In this document: positions 15,445 to 25,489 of the stretch, one piece after another
Layout: each line of letters begins with the position of its first letter
Position numbering within the stretch: the stretch's first letter is position 1
The notes under the pieces: generated by a model
The model's database searches: none
Seen by the model: the letters and a program-made list of their open reading frames with translations, nothing else
Told to the model about the DNA's origin: nothing
From: Escherichia phage heid
Sequence record: MN850577.1
Direction: 5' to 3' (one strand)
Length of the DNA: 64,000 nucleotides
Translations under genes and position numbers: made by a program

Positions 15445-17226
15445 TTAAAGCTGCTTGTCAATATTATTTCGAATATCACCAAGAGTTGTGTAACCAAACT
15501 GCTCAGAGTCACTAAAGACTAAACGTAAAGCACAAGCTGGGTGGTCAAGTACATCTGCAAAACTCTGGAATCCATAGCCATCTACAGCTTTCAGCTTACC
15601 ACCATCCCACATAGGTGCTACACCACCAAAGGCAGATTTCTTAACACCACTATCTGTTTTAGGGTCTTTTGCAAGCATAATCTCTTTACCACCAATGCTT
15701 GCAAGAGTTGCTTTGACAGCAAATGCAAAGGTGTCACGAGTCATGTACTGGTAAGTGTAAGAACCTACGCCAAACACTACGTTAGAGCTTGCAAAACCCA
15801 TTTCATACAGACGCTTCAGGATTTCGTTTGCACGTTCCAGCGTGATAGAGTCACCATAGATAAGTCCGATATGCTCATCCAGTACCTTAAACCCTTTAGA
15901 GTTAATAGTTCCCCCAAAGATGTTGTACAGTGTCTTAATAGCTCCATCAATCTCAGCTACAGGACGTGTTACAACGTTTGCAGAACCAACCATATAAGCG
16001 TTTTTCAACAGCACTGTATCAGCAACTTCAAAGTCTTCTCTGTCAACAACCATTTCGTAGCCTTCTGACAGTAGCCATCCAGCAATACCATAATTGATGT
16101 TTTCAAGCTTCATGTTCAGAACAGCATTCAACATTGTGTCACTGGCTTCAAGCTTGCTTAAGTGTTCGTAATAAGCCTTTTTAGCACACTCTAAGTGGAT
16201 TGCTTTATAACCTGTGACAATATGTACAGGGTCTCCAGAGTCAGGACGAATTACCAGTTTACCGTCACGTCCCATAATCTCTTTGCGAAGTGCTGGTAAG
16301 ATTTCTGACACAGTTCTCCAGAAGTTATAAGTGTCTGAAACAACACTTGCAATACCAGTTGGGTAAGTTTCTGTTAAGAAACGACGGAAGGTTTGTAACT
16401 CACCTTTAAAGCGTCTTTCTTCTTCAATCAACTCATTACCACCTTCCCAAGCAATGTTTGCACACATTACAGAGTGCTCAGTGGCTGGTACAGAGCTACC
16501 AATATCAGAGATTGGGTAGGACTGTCCATAGATTCGTTTAGCCGTATACACAGCAGGGAAGCTATCAGTTCCTTTAAAGCTGGTTAAGTGGCCTACAGCG
16601 TTAAATGCGTCATCAGTAAAGCCGGACATACCACGCATAGCAAAGTCATGGCACTGATAAGGCAAATGCAAGTCGTTGTCACAAGTAAGGTCAGCCCACT
16701 TCTTACAGATACGTTTGTAGTGCAATGCAATAGTTGCAATGGTACAAGCCTTCCAAATCTCAGCAGAGAAAGCATCTTCCAGATAACCTGCTACCCAATG
16801 GAAACCTGAAACAGTGTTCTGGAAAACAATCATTGGGACACGCATAGGGACAACTGTACCTTCTTCTACAGCGTATACTTCAACTGGTAGATAACCTAAG
16901 TCGTGAAGTGCTTCCCAATGCTCTCGACTGATAGCATCTTTACCCAGAACACCATTCATGACTTCTAAGATTTCATCAATGGCTTCTTTTTTATCACGTT
17001 CAAAGAAAGTGGCGTTCCAGTGGTCTATCAAGTAATCTTTAACGAAACGTTGAATACCAAAAGCTACTACACCATCAATTGCTAAGGGGCTGTTAAACCA
17101 TTTGTCACTACGTGGTGTCAGGTTGAACATCAAGTACTCTGTTGCACTAGGGTACTGGTAAACATGACCAGATTTGTAAGCATCTGCGTTTAAACCTGCT
17201 GGTACTGCATAAAGTGATTTAGTCAT
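15445..17226 (-). CDS. Nicotinamide phosphoribosyltransferase-like protein (NAMPT/NadV family; candidate Namat of an NAD+ reconstitution pathway)
   Basis: 593-aa ORF with overall NAMPT-like features; adjacent to a PRPP-synthetase-like gene. Confidence 0.6.
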   Translation of the reverse strand: MTKSLYAVPAGLNADAYKSGHVYQYPSATEYLMFNLTPRSDKWFNSPLAIDGVVAFGIQRFVKDYLIDHWNATFFERDKKEAIDEILEVMNGVLGKDAISREHWEALHDLGYLPVEVYAVEEGTVVPMRVPMIVFQNTVSGFHWVAGYLEDAFSAEIWKACTIATIALHYKRICKKWADLTCDNDLHLPYQCHDFAMRGMSGFTDDAFNAVGHLTSFKGTDSFPAVYTAKRIYGQSYPISDIGSSVPATEHSVMCANIAWEGGNELIEEERRFKGELQTFRRFLTETYPTGIASVVSDTYNFWRTVSEILPALRKEIMGRDGKLVIRPDSGDPVHIVTGYKAIHLECAKKAYYEHLSKLEASDTMLNAVLNMKLENINYGIAGWLLSEGYEMVVDREDFEVADTVLLKNAYMVGSANVVTRPVAEIDGAIKTLYNIFGGTINSKGFKVLDEHIGLIYGDSITLERANEILKRLYEMGFASSNVVFGVGSYTYQYMTRDTFAFAVKATLASIGGKEIMLAKDPKTDSGVKKSAFGGVAPMWDGGKLKAVDGYGFQSFADVLDHPACALRLVFSDSEQFGYTTLGDIRNNIDKQL

Positions 17227-17271
17227 CTTTTAATCTCTCTCAAAATGGGGCTTTTAAGCCCCTATAAACTT

Positions 17272-18168
17272 TCAATCAAGGTTTGCTACAGTAACTTGAC
17301 TGTAATGTGTTAAGCCACGGTCTTTAGCTTCGCCTAAAGAGTTTGTAGTGTAAATATGGTCGATACCATTGTCAAGAAGGTTTTCAACATCTTTAGAGAA
17401 GATACCATGTGTTACATAAAGTTCCACACGTTTTGCACCTGCTTCACGAAGATGCTTCGCTGCTTCTATGAAGGTTCGACCACCATCACAGATATCATCC
17501 AGAATCATGACGGTTTTATCTGTCAAATCAACATCATCAAGGATTCGCATACCAGTAATTTCACCAGTCTTAAGGTTACGCACTTTAGACATTGTGATGT
17601 ATGGTTTATCCACCTCTTTAGCAGTCTCTGCAATCTTCTTAGCAGCACCTGCATCTGGGGCTACTAAGTAATCAATCAGTGGGTCATTTGCATAGTGGAC
17701 TGCAATTTCCTTTTGAGGAATACTCTGGAAGCAGTTAAACAGGTTATCTGGTACATAGCTGTGAGGGTCAACTGCACAGACTGCATCAAAACCCATTGCA
17801 TTAACCTGTTGTGCAAACACTTTCAAAGCTGCTGCATCACCTTTAAACATGTGACGGTCGTAACGTGCATTTGGCAAATAGTAAAAGATAGCAGTCTTCA
17901 TAGCAAACTTATGAGGTACTAAATCATCAATTGCTTCTTTAGCAAGTGCCACAGCAAACAATGTGTCCTTATCATAACCTTTTACAATCATAATCACATT
18001 GTTGATAGATGATGCTGCATAAGCAGTAAAATCAACAAACTCTGGCGAAAAGTGTCCACCAATCTCACCAGAAGGGAATTGGACGATGTTAAACTCTTCT
18101 TCATGAGTCCCTTTAGTTGGTGAATGAACTGTAACACGGATAGATGTTTTCATAGTTTTCTCTCTCAA
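17272..18168 (-). CDS. Ribose-phosphate pyrophosphokinase-like protein (PRPP synthetase family; candidate ADP-ribose pyrophosphate synthetase)
   Basis: Motifs VDPHS and MILDDICDGGRT (PRPP-binding loop variant). Confidence 0.6.
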   Translation of the reverse strand: MREKTMKTSIRVTVHSPTKGTHEEEFNIVQFPSGEIGGHFSPEFVDFTAYAASSINNVIMIVKGYDKDTLFAVALAKEAIDDLVPHKFAMKTAIFYYLPNARYDRHMFKGDAAALKVFAQQVNAMGFDAVCAVDPHSYVPDNLFNCFQSIPQKEIAVHYANDPLIDYLVAPDAGAAKKIAETAKEVDKPYITMSKVRNLKTGEITGMRILDDVDLTDKTVMILDDICDGGRTFIEAAKHLREAGAKRVELYVTHGIFSKDVENLLDNGIDHIYTTNSLGEAKDRGLTHYSQVTVANLD

Positions 18169-18443
18169 TCAAAAGTTACGTTTGTTACTGCCATTGCAGA
18201 TTTGCATTTTGCAGGGTCTACAACGTGATAAAGTACACTACAGTTACCTGTGCTGTCTGGTACAGGCTTTACCCATTGCTGCTTTATAGTTGGCTCTCCT
18301 AAGTCTTTGTAAGAGCCATCTGTAAAGTTGTTTACCATCTCAAGTGCAATTGGTTCTGGAACATGACCACGTATCATGTACATCTCACAACCATTACCAC
18401 CTTCACTGACTAATGGTAAAATCTCCCACTTCTCTTTAGCCAT
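18165..18443 (-). CDS. Hypothetical protein (92 aa), co-operonic with the NAD salvage pair
   Basis: ORF whose stop overlaps the start of the downstream gene. Confidence 0.4.
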   Translation of the reverse strand: MAKEKWEILPLVSEGGNGCEMYMIRGHVPEPIALEMVNNFTDGSYKDLGEPTIKQQWVKPVPDSTGNCSVLYHVVDPAKCKSAMAVTNVTFD

Positions 18444-18951
18444 TATAAGTTGCCCTATAAACTGTCTCGAACTTCAACAGGAGAGATATTGCCAAATCTG
18501 TATAGTTGTTGTCAAGCACATCTGGCATATTGTTTTTGATATATTTCTCTTGCTCTTCATAGGTCATCTTAGGTGTACTTAGGAGGCTATCTCCTTGCTT
18601 CTGGTTATCAGCTTTAGTTTGGATAAACCAGTTTGCACAGTGATGTTCACCACCTTTTGTAACAGGTTTGTGGTGACCTAATGTAAATGTTTGCTTACCC
18701 GTATACCTGCAAAGATTGTTCAGTGTTGCAATGGTGTTCTTCACAACACACCATTCATACAGGTTATCTATTGTGTAGTGTGGGTAATAACGGACAAGTG
18801 CTCTTTCACGGAAGTTATCACGATTCCAAAGAACCATGTGATTAGAATTTGAAGGGTCATATTTGTGGGAGTCTATAAACTCTTGACGCTCATCAAAGCT
18901 GAGTCTTAGAACTGACATTGCAACCGAACGTTTCAGGTTTGACAGATACAT
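18436..18951 (-). CDS. HNH-like endonuclease (171 aa), tentative
   Basis: Partial HNH pattern GHHKPVTKGGEHHCANW (HH..P...GG....N). Confidence 0.3.
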   Translation of the reverse strand: MYLSNLKRSVAMSVLRLSFDERQEFIDSHKYDPSNSNHMVLWNRDNFRERALVRYYPHYTIDNLYEWCVVKNTIATLNNLCRYTGKQTFTLGHHKPVTKGGEHHCANWFIQTKADNQKQGDSLLSTPKMTYEEQEKYIKNNMPDVLDNNYTDLAISLLLKFETVYRATYNG

Positions 18952-19002
18952 TTTACCTCCAAAATAAAAAGGGAACCTTTACAGTCCCCTTATAGTATCT
19001 GT

Positions 19003-19323
19003 TTACTGAGCTACTTTCAAGATGCTTGTGAATGAAATCTCACTCTCATCCATAAACTCTTTTGCTTCTCCAGTAACTTTCACAAAGTTATCTAGGCAGA
19101 TAATCTTCTTATCTTTCTTGCTGTAGGTTAGCTTAACCTTTTCAATATCTTTCTTAGAGCTTTTCTCTTCATTAAAGAGTTTTACAGCTTCTTTGAATGG
19201 GAGGTATGAGCCATCATCATCGCTAATAAAACCTGTACCACAATAGTAGAAGTTGTATTCTTTAGCCATAAACTGGCACAGTACGAAAATCTGTAATTTA
19301 CGAGTGTTATAAACTTTGCTCAT
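19003..19323 (-). CDS. Hypothetical protein (106 aa)
   Basis: ORF. Confidence 0.4.
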   Translation of the reverse strand: MSKVYNTRKLQIFVLCQFMAKEYNFYYCGTGFISDDDGSYLPFKEAVKLFNEEKSSKKDIEKVKLTYSKKDKKIICLDNFVKVTGEAKEFMDESEISFTSILKVAQ

Positions 19324-19325
19324 GG

Positions 19326-19592
19326 TTATTTAACCTTCTTGTTACGTTTACGGTTACGAGCTTTCTTAGCTGCTCGTTTAATAGCTGCTGCACCAGATTG
19401 GCGGTGGGCTTGTTTCTTACCACCTTTACCACGTCCTACGTAGATGTAAGGCTGCTGTTCAATTTGGCTTGCAAGAACCTGTGCAACCGCTGAAGCATCT
19501 ACACCGACCTGCTTTCCAGTCATAGAAACAATTGCTGCTGCTTTTTCCAGTGCCTTCAAGAATCCAGCTTTCATATTACCTAAAATTCCCAT
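19326..19592 (-). CDS. Small protein with highly basic C-terminal tail (88 aa), possibly nucleic-acid binding
   Basis: C-terminus KRAAKKARNRKRNKKVK. Confidence 0.4.
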   Translation of the reverse strand: MGILGNMKAGFLKALEKAAAIVSMTGKQVGVDASAVAQVLASQIEQQPYIYVGRGKGGKKQAHRQSGAAAIKRAAKKARNRKRNKKVK

Positions 19593-19688
19593 TTTTAGTC
19601 TCTCTCATTAAAGTTTAATACAGAACTTATGAAGTTCTTCTTCAGTGATACCAATTGGAGTTATACCTTAGTCCATTTGCCAGAATAA

Positions 19689-20174
19689 TCACTCTGCTCT
19701 CCACTGACAATCACCTTGCCATCCGTACTCTTTTCTCCAGAGGTTTTGGTTATCTGAACCACGATACGGTTTAACTGTTGGTTTAGATGAATCATACTTA
19801 CCATCAATCACCACGTCAACATATTTCATCACATCAAGGTGAATTTTTTCATGTAACTGAAAACCTGTCCAGAGCCAGATAGATTTTTCTGGGTAAACGG
19901 TTTTAATACGTTTGCATATGTTGGTAACCTCTTGAATGTTTCTATCATCCAGAGGTTCTCCACCAAGTATTGACAGCCCACTGATGGCATTATCATCCAT
20001 TAACTTAATGATGCCATAAAGGTTTGCATAAGTGAACTCTTTACCAGCATTAAACTTCCAAGATTCCTTATTAAAGCAACCTTCACAGTGATGCTTACAA
20101 CCAGCTATGAAGAGGCTTACACGAACCCCTTCACCATTAGCTGTGTCAAATGGTCGAATCTCCATGTAATTCAT
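19689..20174 (-). CDS. nrdG: Anaerobic ribonucleotide reductase activating protein (radical SAM)
   Basis: CKHHCEGC (Cx3Cx2C) motif; adjacent to class III RNR. Confidence 0.7.
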   Translation of the reverse strand: MNYMEIRPFDTANGEGVRVSLFIAGCKHHCEGCFNKESWKFNAGKEFTYANLYGIIKLMDDNAISGLSILGGEPLDDRNIQEVTNICKRIKTVYPEKSIWLWTGFQLHEKIHLDVMKYVDVVIDGKYDSSKPTVKPYRGSDNQNLWRKEYGWQGDCQWRAE

Positions 20175-20183
20175 CTAGTTACC

Positions 20184-20483
20184 TCACCAATACATATAAG
20201 TGTTCTTAGCGGATTTCTTTGGAGACTTGCTATCAATATCAAAATCTTCATCTAAGAAGGATGTCTTAGAAAGCTGCCTTATTTGTGTTCTTGTAAGACG
20301 TTTAGTGGCCTTCTTAATCTCTCTACAAGGCTGGCTTGTGAAGTCGTAAGAGCCACCTTTTCTAGACATCATATCAGAGTGGTAGTAGACCTCTGAAGCA
20401 TTTTCTCTGTTACGTACCTCATTTCTCCACTCATAAAGTCCATGAACGTTCTTTAAACCTTTTCTTCGAATTGTTTTACTCAT
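20184..20483 (-). CDS. Hypothetical protein (99 aa)
   Basis: ORF. Confidence 0.4.
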   Translation of the reverse strand: MSKTIRRKGLKNVHGLYEWRNEVRNRENASEVYYHSDMMSRKGGSYDFTSQPCREIKKATKRLTRTQIRQLSKTSFLDEDFDIDSKSPKKSAKNTYMYW

Positions 20484-20875
20484 TCAAATACCACCTGACA
20501 AGGAACCTGTTTAGTAATAAATTCTTCACAGTGCTCTTTAATGAAGTTTTGTAATGGTACACAATCTTGTGCGCAAGTCATTAGCATAATGTACTCTGGG
20601 TTCATGATGTTTTCAAGGGTGTAGAAGACAACATCATCAGACAGCTCGTGACCATCTTCTTCAGACCAAGTTCCAGAGACTACAGCTAGTTTATCAAGTA
20701 ATTCATTAGGCAATACTACACCATCTTCTACAGAATCACTTAGAACATTGTCACCAATATACAATGTGAAGTTCGTATGGAATGTTGAGTACCTTACGTG
20801 ATTCTTTTCACAAGAGCCACACTCTGAGGCATAATCTTTAATCCACTCTAACTGTTTTTGGTTCAACTTAATCAT
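20480..20875 (-). CDS. Hypothetical protein (131 aa)
   Basis: ORF. Confidence 0.4.
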   Translation of the reverse strand: MIKLNQKQLEWIKDYASECGSCEKNHVRYSTFHTNFTLYIGDNVLSDSVEDGVVLPNELLDKLAVVSGTWSEEDGHELSDDVVFYTLENIMNPEYIMLMTCAQDCVPLQNFIKEHCEEFITKQVPCQVVFE

Positions 20876-21087
20876 AATTTCACCTTAGTTGGTAATGCAC
20901 TGAATGCTATAGCTAACCCTAAAAATGGTTTGAAGCATGACCATAAATCCATCTGACCATGATATGAGAAACTCCATTGTGGGTCTGAAAATCCCCATAC
21001 CATAACACTAACACCAAAAAAGAAGACTGCTATATGTAGTATGGGTATCAATACTTTTAAGAGTGTTGTCATTGTTAATTCCACCAT
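20872..21087 (-). CDS. Small membrane protein (71 aa)
   Basis: Two hydrophobic segments. Confidence 0.4.
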   Translation of the reverse strand: MVELTMTTLLKVLIPILHIAVFFFGVSVMVWGFSDPQWSFSYHGQMDLWSCFKPFLGLAIAFSALPTKVKL

Positions 21088-21461
21088 ATAGTTTTACCAT
21101 TATCACATGTGTAAAGATACTCTACAGAAGTTTGTGGGACAAGTATAGTGGTGCTACCACTAAGTACACTCACAAAATGAGTAACCTCACGATGCTGATG
21201 AGTTTTTACACAATTGTTTGCCTCCATCCATATCACAGTTTTGTATGAATAGAACACAGCCAAGACACAAAGTGTAATAACTCCAACTATCATGGTAAAC
21301 TCAGGCAAAAAATCTGACTGTATGATGTCTCTAAATCGCATTATTCCAAGAATAAATAAGATTATCAGACATACAATCCCACAAACTGCTACATAAAGCC
21401 ACAAGTCCATAATGTAACTCCAAATAAAAAGGTGATGTAAGCCTATCAAGACCCACACCAC
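21075..21461 (-). CDS. Membrane protein (128 aa, about 3 TM segments)
   Basis: Hydrophobic segments. Confidence 0.4.
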   Translation of the reverse strand: MVWVLIGLHHLFIWSYIMDLWLYVAVCGIVCLIILFILGIMRFRDIIQSDFLPEFTMIVGVITLCVLAVFYSYKTVIWMEANNCVKTHQHREVTHFVSVLSGSTTILVPQTSVEYLYTCDNGKTIWWN

Positions 21462-21472
21462 CTTGTCAAGTT

Positions 21473-23617
21473 TTACATAGAAACCCTATCCTTAATTTCT
21501 GCCATCTTAGCGTCATTCATTCGAGACTGACCTTTAATTTTTGTGAATGACAAGTACCCGCACACCCTGTTAATCACAGAGATATCATGTGAATGGCAAA
21601 CCTCACATTCTTCAACATCAGCCTTTGGTCTGTTACCACAATGTTCACAGATTGCTAAGTCAAAGTTAAGCCCCTGATAGAAACCTTTCAACATCCCTCT
21701 TGTAATACAACTTTTAAGTGCTGTTAAGTTTTCTGGGTTAGCTACCCTTACATACTGGATTCTACCACCTCTACAGATATGGAAGAATGGCTCTTCTAAG
21801 TCCTGCTTCTCAAATGGTGAGATGTCTGCTGCAACATTCATATGGAAACTGTTTGTAAAGTATTCCTTGTCAGAGACACCTTTAATAACGCCAAACATAT
21901 CTCTGAACTGTTTTAACTGAGTTCCACAAAGTGATTCTGCTGGAGTGCCATATACCGCATACAAGAAGCCATCTTCGTTCTTAAACTCTTCAGTTTTCAT
22001 GTTAATGTATGCCAGAACATCATATGCAAAACTACAGCTTCCAACTTCATGGAGTCGTTTACCTTCAGCAAGAACAGATAGCTCATCAAGCGCAGTAACC
22101 CCAAAAGAAGCTGTGAAGGACTTCACGATATCCCAGCCAACCTTGTCAGTAGGTTTCTTATTCCCTTTGTACAGACCACCCTGTGTGAATGCAAGAGGGT
22201 TAGAGCTTGCTGGCATGTTAGCAATCATTTCGTAGCGTTTCTTGTGGAAGCTGCGAATCATCTCTAGGTACTTATCAAGCTCTTTCCAGAAATCTAAACC
22301 ATTCTCTTTAGAATACTGGTAAATCATTGGCAAGTTCAAAGATACAGCACCAATGTTAGCACGACCAACATAGAACTCTTCTCCATTCTCGTTAAGATAT
22401 GGAGATAAGAAAGCTCTGCAACCCATCGGTGAAATCACCTTACCAGAACGCTTAAAAGCATCTGCTACAGCACCATGACCAGATACACTTAAGAAATCTG
22501 GATACATCGCTTTAGAGCAACACTCAATAGCTTTTTCAAACAACCTTGCTTGGCATACATCAAGTTTATGTCTTGTCTCTTCATAGATATACACAAGTTT
22601 AGGAAACACAACAGGTTTTTTGCTTTTTCCTTGCCCGTTCATCCTTACATTAAGGATTGTATTGGCAATCATAAACTGAAGACGGTTATCTTCATTGTGC
22701 ATATCTGGTTCCAACAGGCCAAATGTCAGAGTAGTAAATGCAAAATCACCGCGACTGCAAGGAACAGTGTTAAGTTTCATTTCAAGAGATTGGAAACCTT
22801 GTGTTAACTCATTCTGTAATTGCTCCATTACGTAATTATAGTGTTGCTCTTTAGGTATTCCGTACTCTTCAGCTTTCTCTGAGTGGTACACTAAAGATTT
22901 TTTAGCATACGGTACAAGTACCTTATCAATCTCTGCTAAAGTAAAGCCACCAAATTGCTGTGCAGTTGCTGAAAGAACTACATCGCCAATAACCTGTAAG
23001 GCTGACAGCACAGACTTTGGTTCACAGTATTCGATACCAGACATTTCAAAGCCACCTTTCAGTACTTTACCGATGTCAAACAGGCAACAGTTGATACCAC
23101 CAAAAATTAGGTCTCTTAAATCATGGATGTAGATAAACCCTTTTTCAATGGCTTCAAGTTCCTCTGGTGTTAAATGGTACTGTTTAAAGATTTCTTTAGT
23201 CAAGTAACCACGAATAATTGAGCCTTTTGTAGAAATTAAACTGCTGTCAAAGTTAGCATTTTCACGGTCACCTAAGAAGAGTGTATCTCTAGTCTTTTGG
23301 TAAAGCTCATCCCAATTTTGAGCAACCTCTTTACGGTAATTTCTATATGTTGAGTAAGACTCATAAATCTCGTGATTGACTTCTGCCAAAGCACCCTCAA
23401 CAATACTGTGAATATCATTTACCGAAATTAGCAAATTATTCTGCTTAGTGGACTTTACCAGAATCCTCATAAATGCTGACTCAAGAGCTTGAGTAACATC
23501 TGGTGGAAGCTCTTTATAACCAACTCTGTTAGCTGACTTTGTGACTGCTGCTAAAACTTTTTTGATATCAGGTTCTTCAAGTGAGCCATTCTTTTTAATA
23601 ATCTGTACTTTGTTCAT
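21473..23617 (-). CDS. nrdD: Anaerobic ribonucleoside-triphosphate reductase, class III
   Basis: C-terminal glycyl-radical motif RVCGYL and Cys-rich zinc site CEHCGN...CEVCH; size 714 aa. Confidence 0.8.
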   Translation of the reverse strand: MNKVQIIKKNGSLEEPDIKKVLAAVTKSANRVGYKELPPDVTQALESAFMRILVKSTKQNNLLISVNDIHSIVEGALAEVNHEIYESYSTYRNYRKEVAQNWDELYQKTRDTLFLGDRENANFDSSLISTKGSIIRGYLTKEIFKQYHLTPEELEAIEKGFIYIHDLRDLIFGGINCCLFDIGKVLKGGFEMSGIEYCEPKSVLSALQVIGDVVLSATAQQFGGFTLAEIDKVLVPYAKKSLVYHSEKAEEYGIPKEQHYNYVMEQLQNELTQGFQSLEMKLNTVPCSRGDFAFTTLTFGLLEPDMHNEDNRLQFMIANTILNVRMNGQGKSKKPVVFPKLVYIYEETRHKLDVCQARLFEKAIECCSKAMYPDFLSVSGHGAVADAFKRSGKVISPMGCRAFLSPYLNENGEEFYVGRANIGAVSLNLPMIYQYSKENGLDFWKELDKYLEMIRSFHKKRYEMIANMPASSNPLAFTQGGLYKGNKKPTDKVGWDIVKSFTASFGVTALDELSVLAEGKRLHEVGSCSFAYDVLAYINMKTEEFKNEDGFLYAVYGTPAESLCGTQLKQFRDMFGVIKGVSDKEYFTNSFHMNVAADISPFEKQDLEEPFFHICRGGRIQYVRVANPENLTALKSCITRGMLKGFYQGLNFDLAICEHCGNRPKADVEECEVCHSHDISVINRVCGYLSFTKIKGQSRMNDAKMAEIKDRVSM

Positions 23618-23635
23618 TATTGCCCCTTTACATGC

Positions 23636-23657
23636 TAAAAAGGTCTCCGAAGAGACC
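23636..23657 (-). terminator. Intrinsic terminator upstream of nrdD
   Basis: GGTCTC-CGAA-GAGACC hairpin flanked by A/T runs. Confidence 0.5.
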
Positions 23658-23665
23658 CTTTCATT

Positions 23666-23872
23666 TTAAATCTTTTTAGAAAACTTCGCAAAGATTTCTC
23701 TTAGTTTTTCAGTGATGCCTAGCTGTATCTCTAATATTTCGAAGATAACCCATAGTAACATGGCTCCAAACAATGAACCTTGTTCAAAGTCAGTAAATAG
23801 GTTAACAATAAGCATACCAATCACAATAGCTGGTGCATCAACAACCAAACCTTCCCAAATGCGTTTAAGCAT
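23666..23872 (-). CDS. Small membrane protein (68 aa)
   Basis: Two hydrophobic segments. Confidence 0.4.
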   Translation of the reverse strand: MLKRIWEGLVVDAPAIVIGMLIVNLFTDFEQGSLFGAMLLWVIFEILEIQLGITEKLREIFAKFSKKI

Positions 23873-24107
23873 TATTCACCTCTGCCATAAAATTCTGTAG
23901 CGTCCCAACAGGTTTTAGGTTTTGTCCATCGGTTTTCATGATGAATGGCATCTGACGAACTGGCATCTGTGCAATATCCATCAGGTCTGACAGTTCATAA
24001 TCCTGCCCTAACATTCTCACAACATGGTCAATACCACGAGCTTTTGCAAAATTCTTTGCAGTCTCACACTGAGGGCATCCAGTTTTGGAGTAAATTATAT
24101 AAGTCAT
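23865..24107 (-). CDS. nrdH: NrdH-like glutaredoxin/thioredoxin-fold redoxin
   Basis: CPQC active-site motif; 80 aa; directly upstream of the RNR genes. Confidence 0.65.
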   Translation of the reverse strand: MTYIIYSKTGCPQCETAKNFAKARGIDHVVRMLGQDYELSDLMDIAQMPVRQMPFIMKTDGQNLKPVGTLQNFMAEVNNA

Positions 24108-25180
24108 TAAGGAACCTCTAAAAATCCACTATTCAAATCATCTACAACAGTATTCAACAGGTACGCACCGTTCTGTTGCTCCTGATTAGCATTCTGCTCT
24201 TTATCAATTTCCATCTTCTTAATCATGTACTTCAAAGGTGGTTCTTTGGGAGCTACAAAATCTCTTGGAATGCCAAACATATCATACAGTGGGGCAGCAT
24301 TATAGTAAACCCACTCATGAAGAAGCTTTGTATTTAAGCCAACTACAGCACGTCCTTCGGAGAAGATATAATACGACCATTTCTCTTCACTTTCAACTAC
24401 TTCATCTAAGATTACTTTAATCTCTGGAAGAATCTGTTGAAAAGCTTTCTGCCACTCATCATCTCTTAAAGTTTCTTTTAAAACTTCAATATCAATTTTA
24501 GTGTGAAGGATTTCGTCAAGCATAATCTTCTGGACAGCTTGAGCAATACCCTGAAATTTATCTTGAGCATCAAGTGCAAAGGTACATGCAAAGGATGCCA
24601 TAAAAGATATACCTTCAAGTGCAGTCACTGCAAACAGACCTTTTAGAATCACTTTATGGAAGTGTAAAGGGTCTTTGTCCAGAAGTGAATCACGTACATA
24701 ACTCAGTCGGTAGTTTATCCCTTCATCCAATAATTCTTCAAGAACACGATTCACAGTTTTTAATCGGTCTTGCACAGCAACATTCTGGTTAATCTCATCT
24801 AAGATTGTTTCAGGGTTTTTAATACATTGCCTTACAATCTCTGAGTAAGTAAGAGCATGTAGGTTTTCAATCTCAGACTGCTTCATAATTGCAGTTGCAT
24901 ATATGTCATCAGAGATAAAAGGTGCAAAGGCAAATGCCAAGCTCTTAGCAACTTGAGTGTCTGCTTCCCATTGCCACTTAAGAATCTCAAGCATTACACC
25001 TGACATTGATGCTGGGACACTCTCAAAATCAAGACGTGATTGTTCAAAAGGGAACTCATCTTCTGACCAATCTTGTGCTTTTTGTTGTTTATAAAGTTCA
25101 AAGATTTTTGGGTAGTGCTTATTGAGTGAGTCAAAAGTTTTTCTCTCACCACCTAAAAAGATTGGGTGCTGGTTAATCAT
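24107..25180 (-). CDS. nrdB: Ribonucleotide reductase class Ia beta subunit (about 357 aa; the track's longer start to 25240 is less likely)
   Basis: Ferritin-like di-iron protein features; adjacent to nrdA. Confidence 0.7.
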   Translation of the reverse strand: MINQHPIFLGGERKTFDSLNKHYPKIFELYKQQKAQDWSEDEFPFEQSRLDFESVPASMSGVMLEILKWQWEADTQVAKSLAFAFAPFISDDIYATAIMKQSEIENLHALTYSEIVRQCIKNPETILDEINQNVAVQDRLKTVNRVLEELLDEGINYRLSYVRDSLLDKDPLHFHKVILKGLFAVTALEGISFMASFACTFALDAQDKFQGIAQAVQKIMLDEILHTKIDIEVLKETLRDDEWQKAFQQILPEIKVILDEVVESEEKWSYYIFSEGRAVVGLNTKLLHEWVYYNAAPLYDMFGIPRDFVAPKEPPLKYMIKKMEIDKEQNANQEQQNGAYLLNTVVDDLNSGFLEVP

Positions 25181-25434
25181 AGTGTGATTTCTCCTTTCTT
25201 TATCATTTCTGAGGCTTGTTTTCTGTCTAAAACTTCCCAATTTTCTTTGTTAAACATCTCATAAGGTCTTGCATAGATTTTACCATCTACTGTGGAGATG
25301 TAAGAGATACCAGCAACCCATGAGTCATCCTTTTGTTTTATCATCATATCTGTGCTACTCACATAGTACATCGTTTTCCGAGGCTTGTGGAGCAAGTATA
25401 TAGGTCGCTCATGTTTTTCTATTAAATCTTTCAT
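25177..25434 (-). CDS. Hypothetical small protein between nrdA and nrdB (about 85 aa; start uncertain)
   Basis: ORF; internal ATG with SD GGAGAG avoids overlap with nrdA. Confidence 0.35.
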   Translation of the reverse strand: MKDLIEKHERPIYLLHKPRKTMYYVSSTDMMIKQKDDSWVAGISYISTVDGKIYARPYEMFNKENWEVLDRKQASEMIKKGEITL

Positions 25435-25489
25435 GGTCTCTCCAAAGTTATTTTTAGAGGGTCTTTTACGACCCTCATAGTTATTAAAA

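Noticed and set aside
15541-16068. Antisense or embedded ORFs inside long genes (for example 15541-16068, 17356-17922, 21945-22235, 22550-22807, 26158-26766, 37535-38430, 53288-53812, 57537-58060, 58987-59445)
   Set aside because: Each lies wholly within a well-supported gene on the opposite strand or another frame, has no ribosome-binding site and an odd composition; treated as spurious.
19326-19592. Ribosomal protein S21-like identity for the 88-aa protein with a basic tail
   Set aside because: Only the basic C-terminal composition is similar; no convincing alignment from memory.
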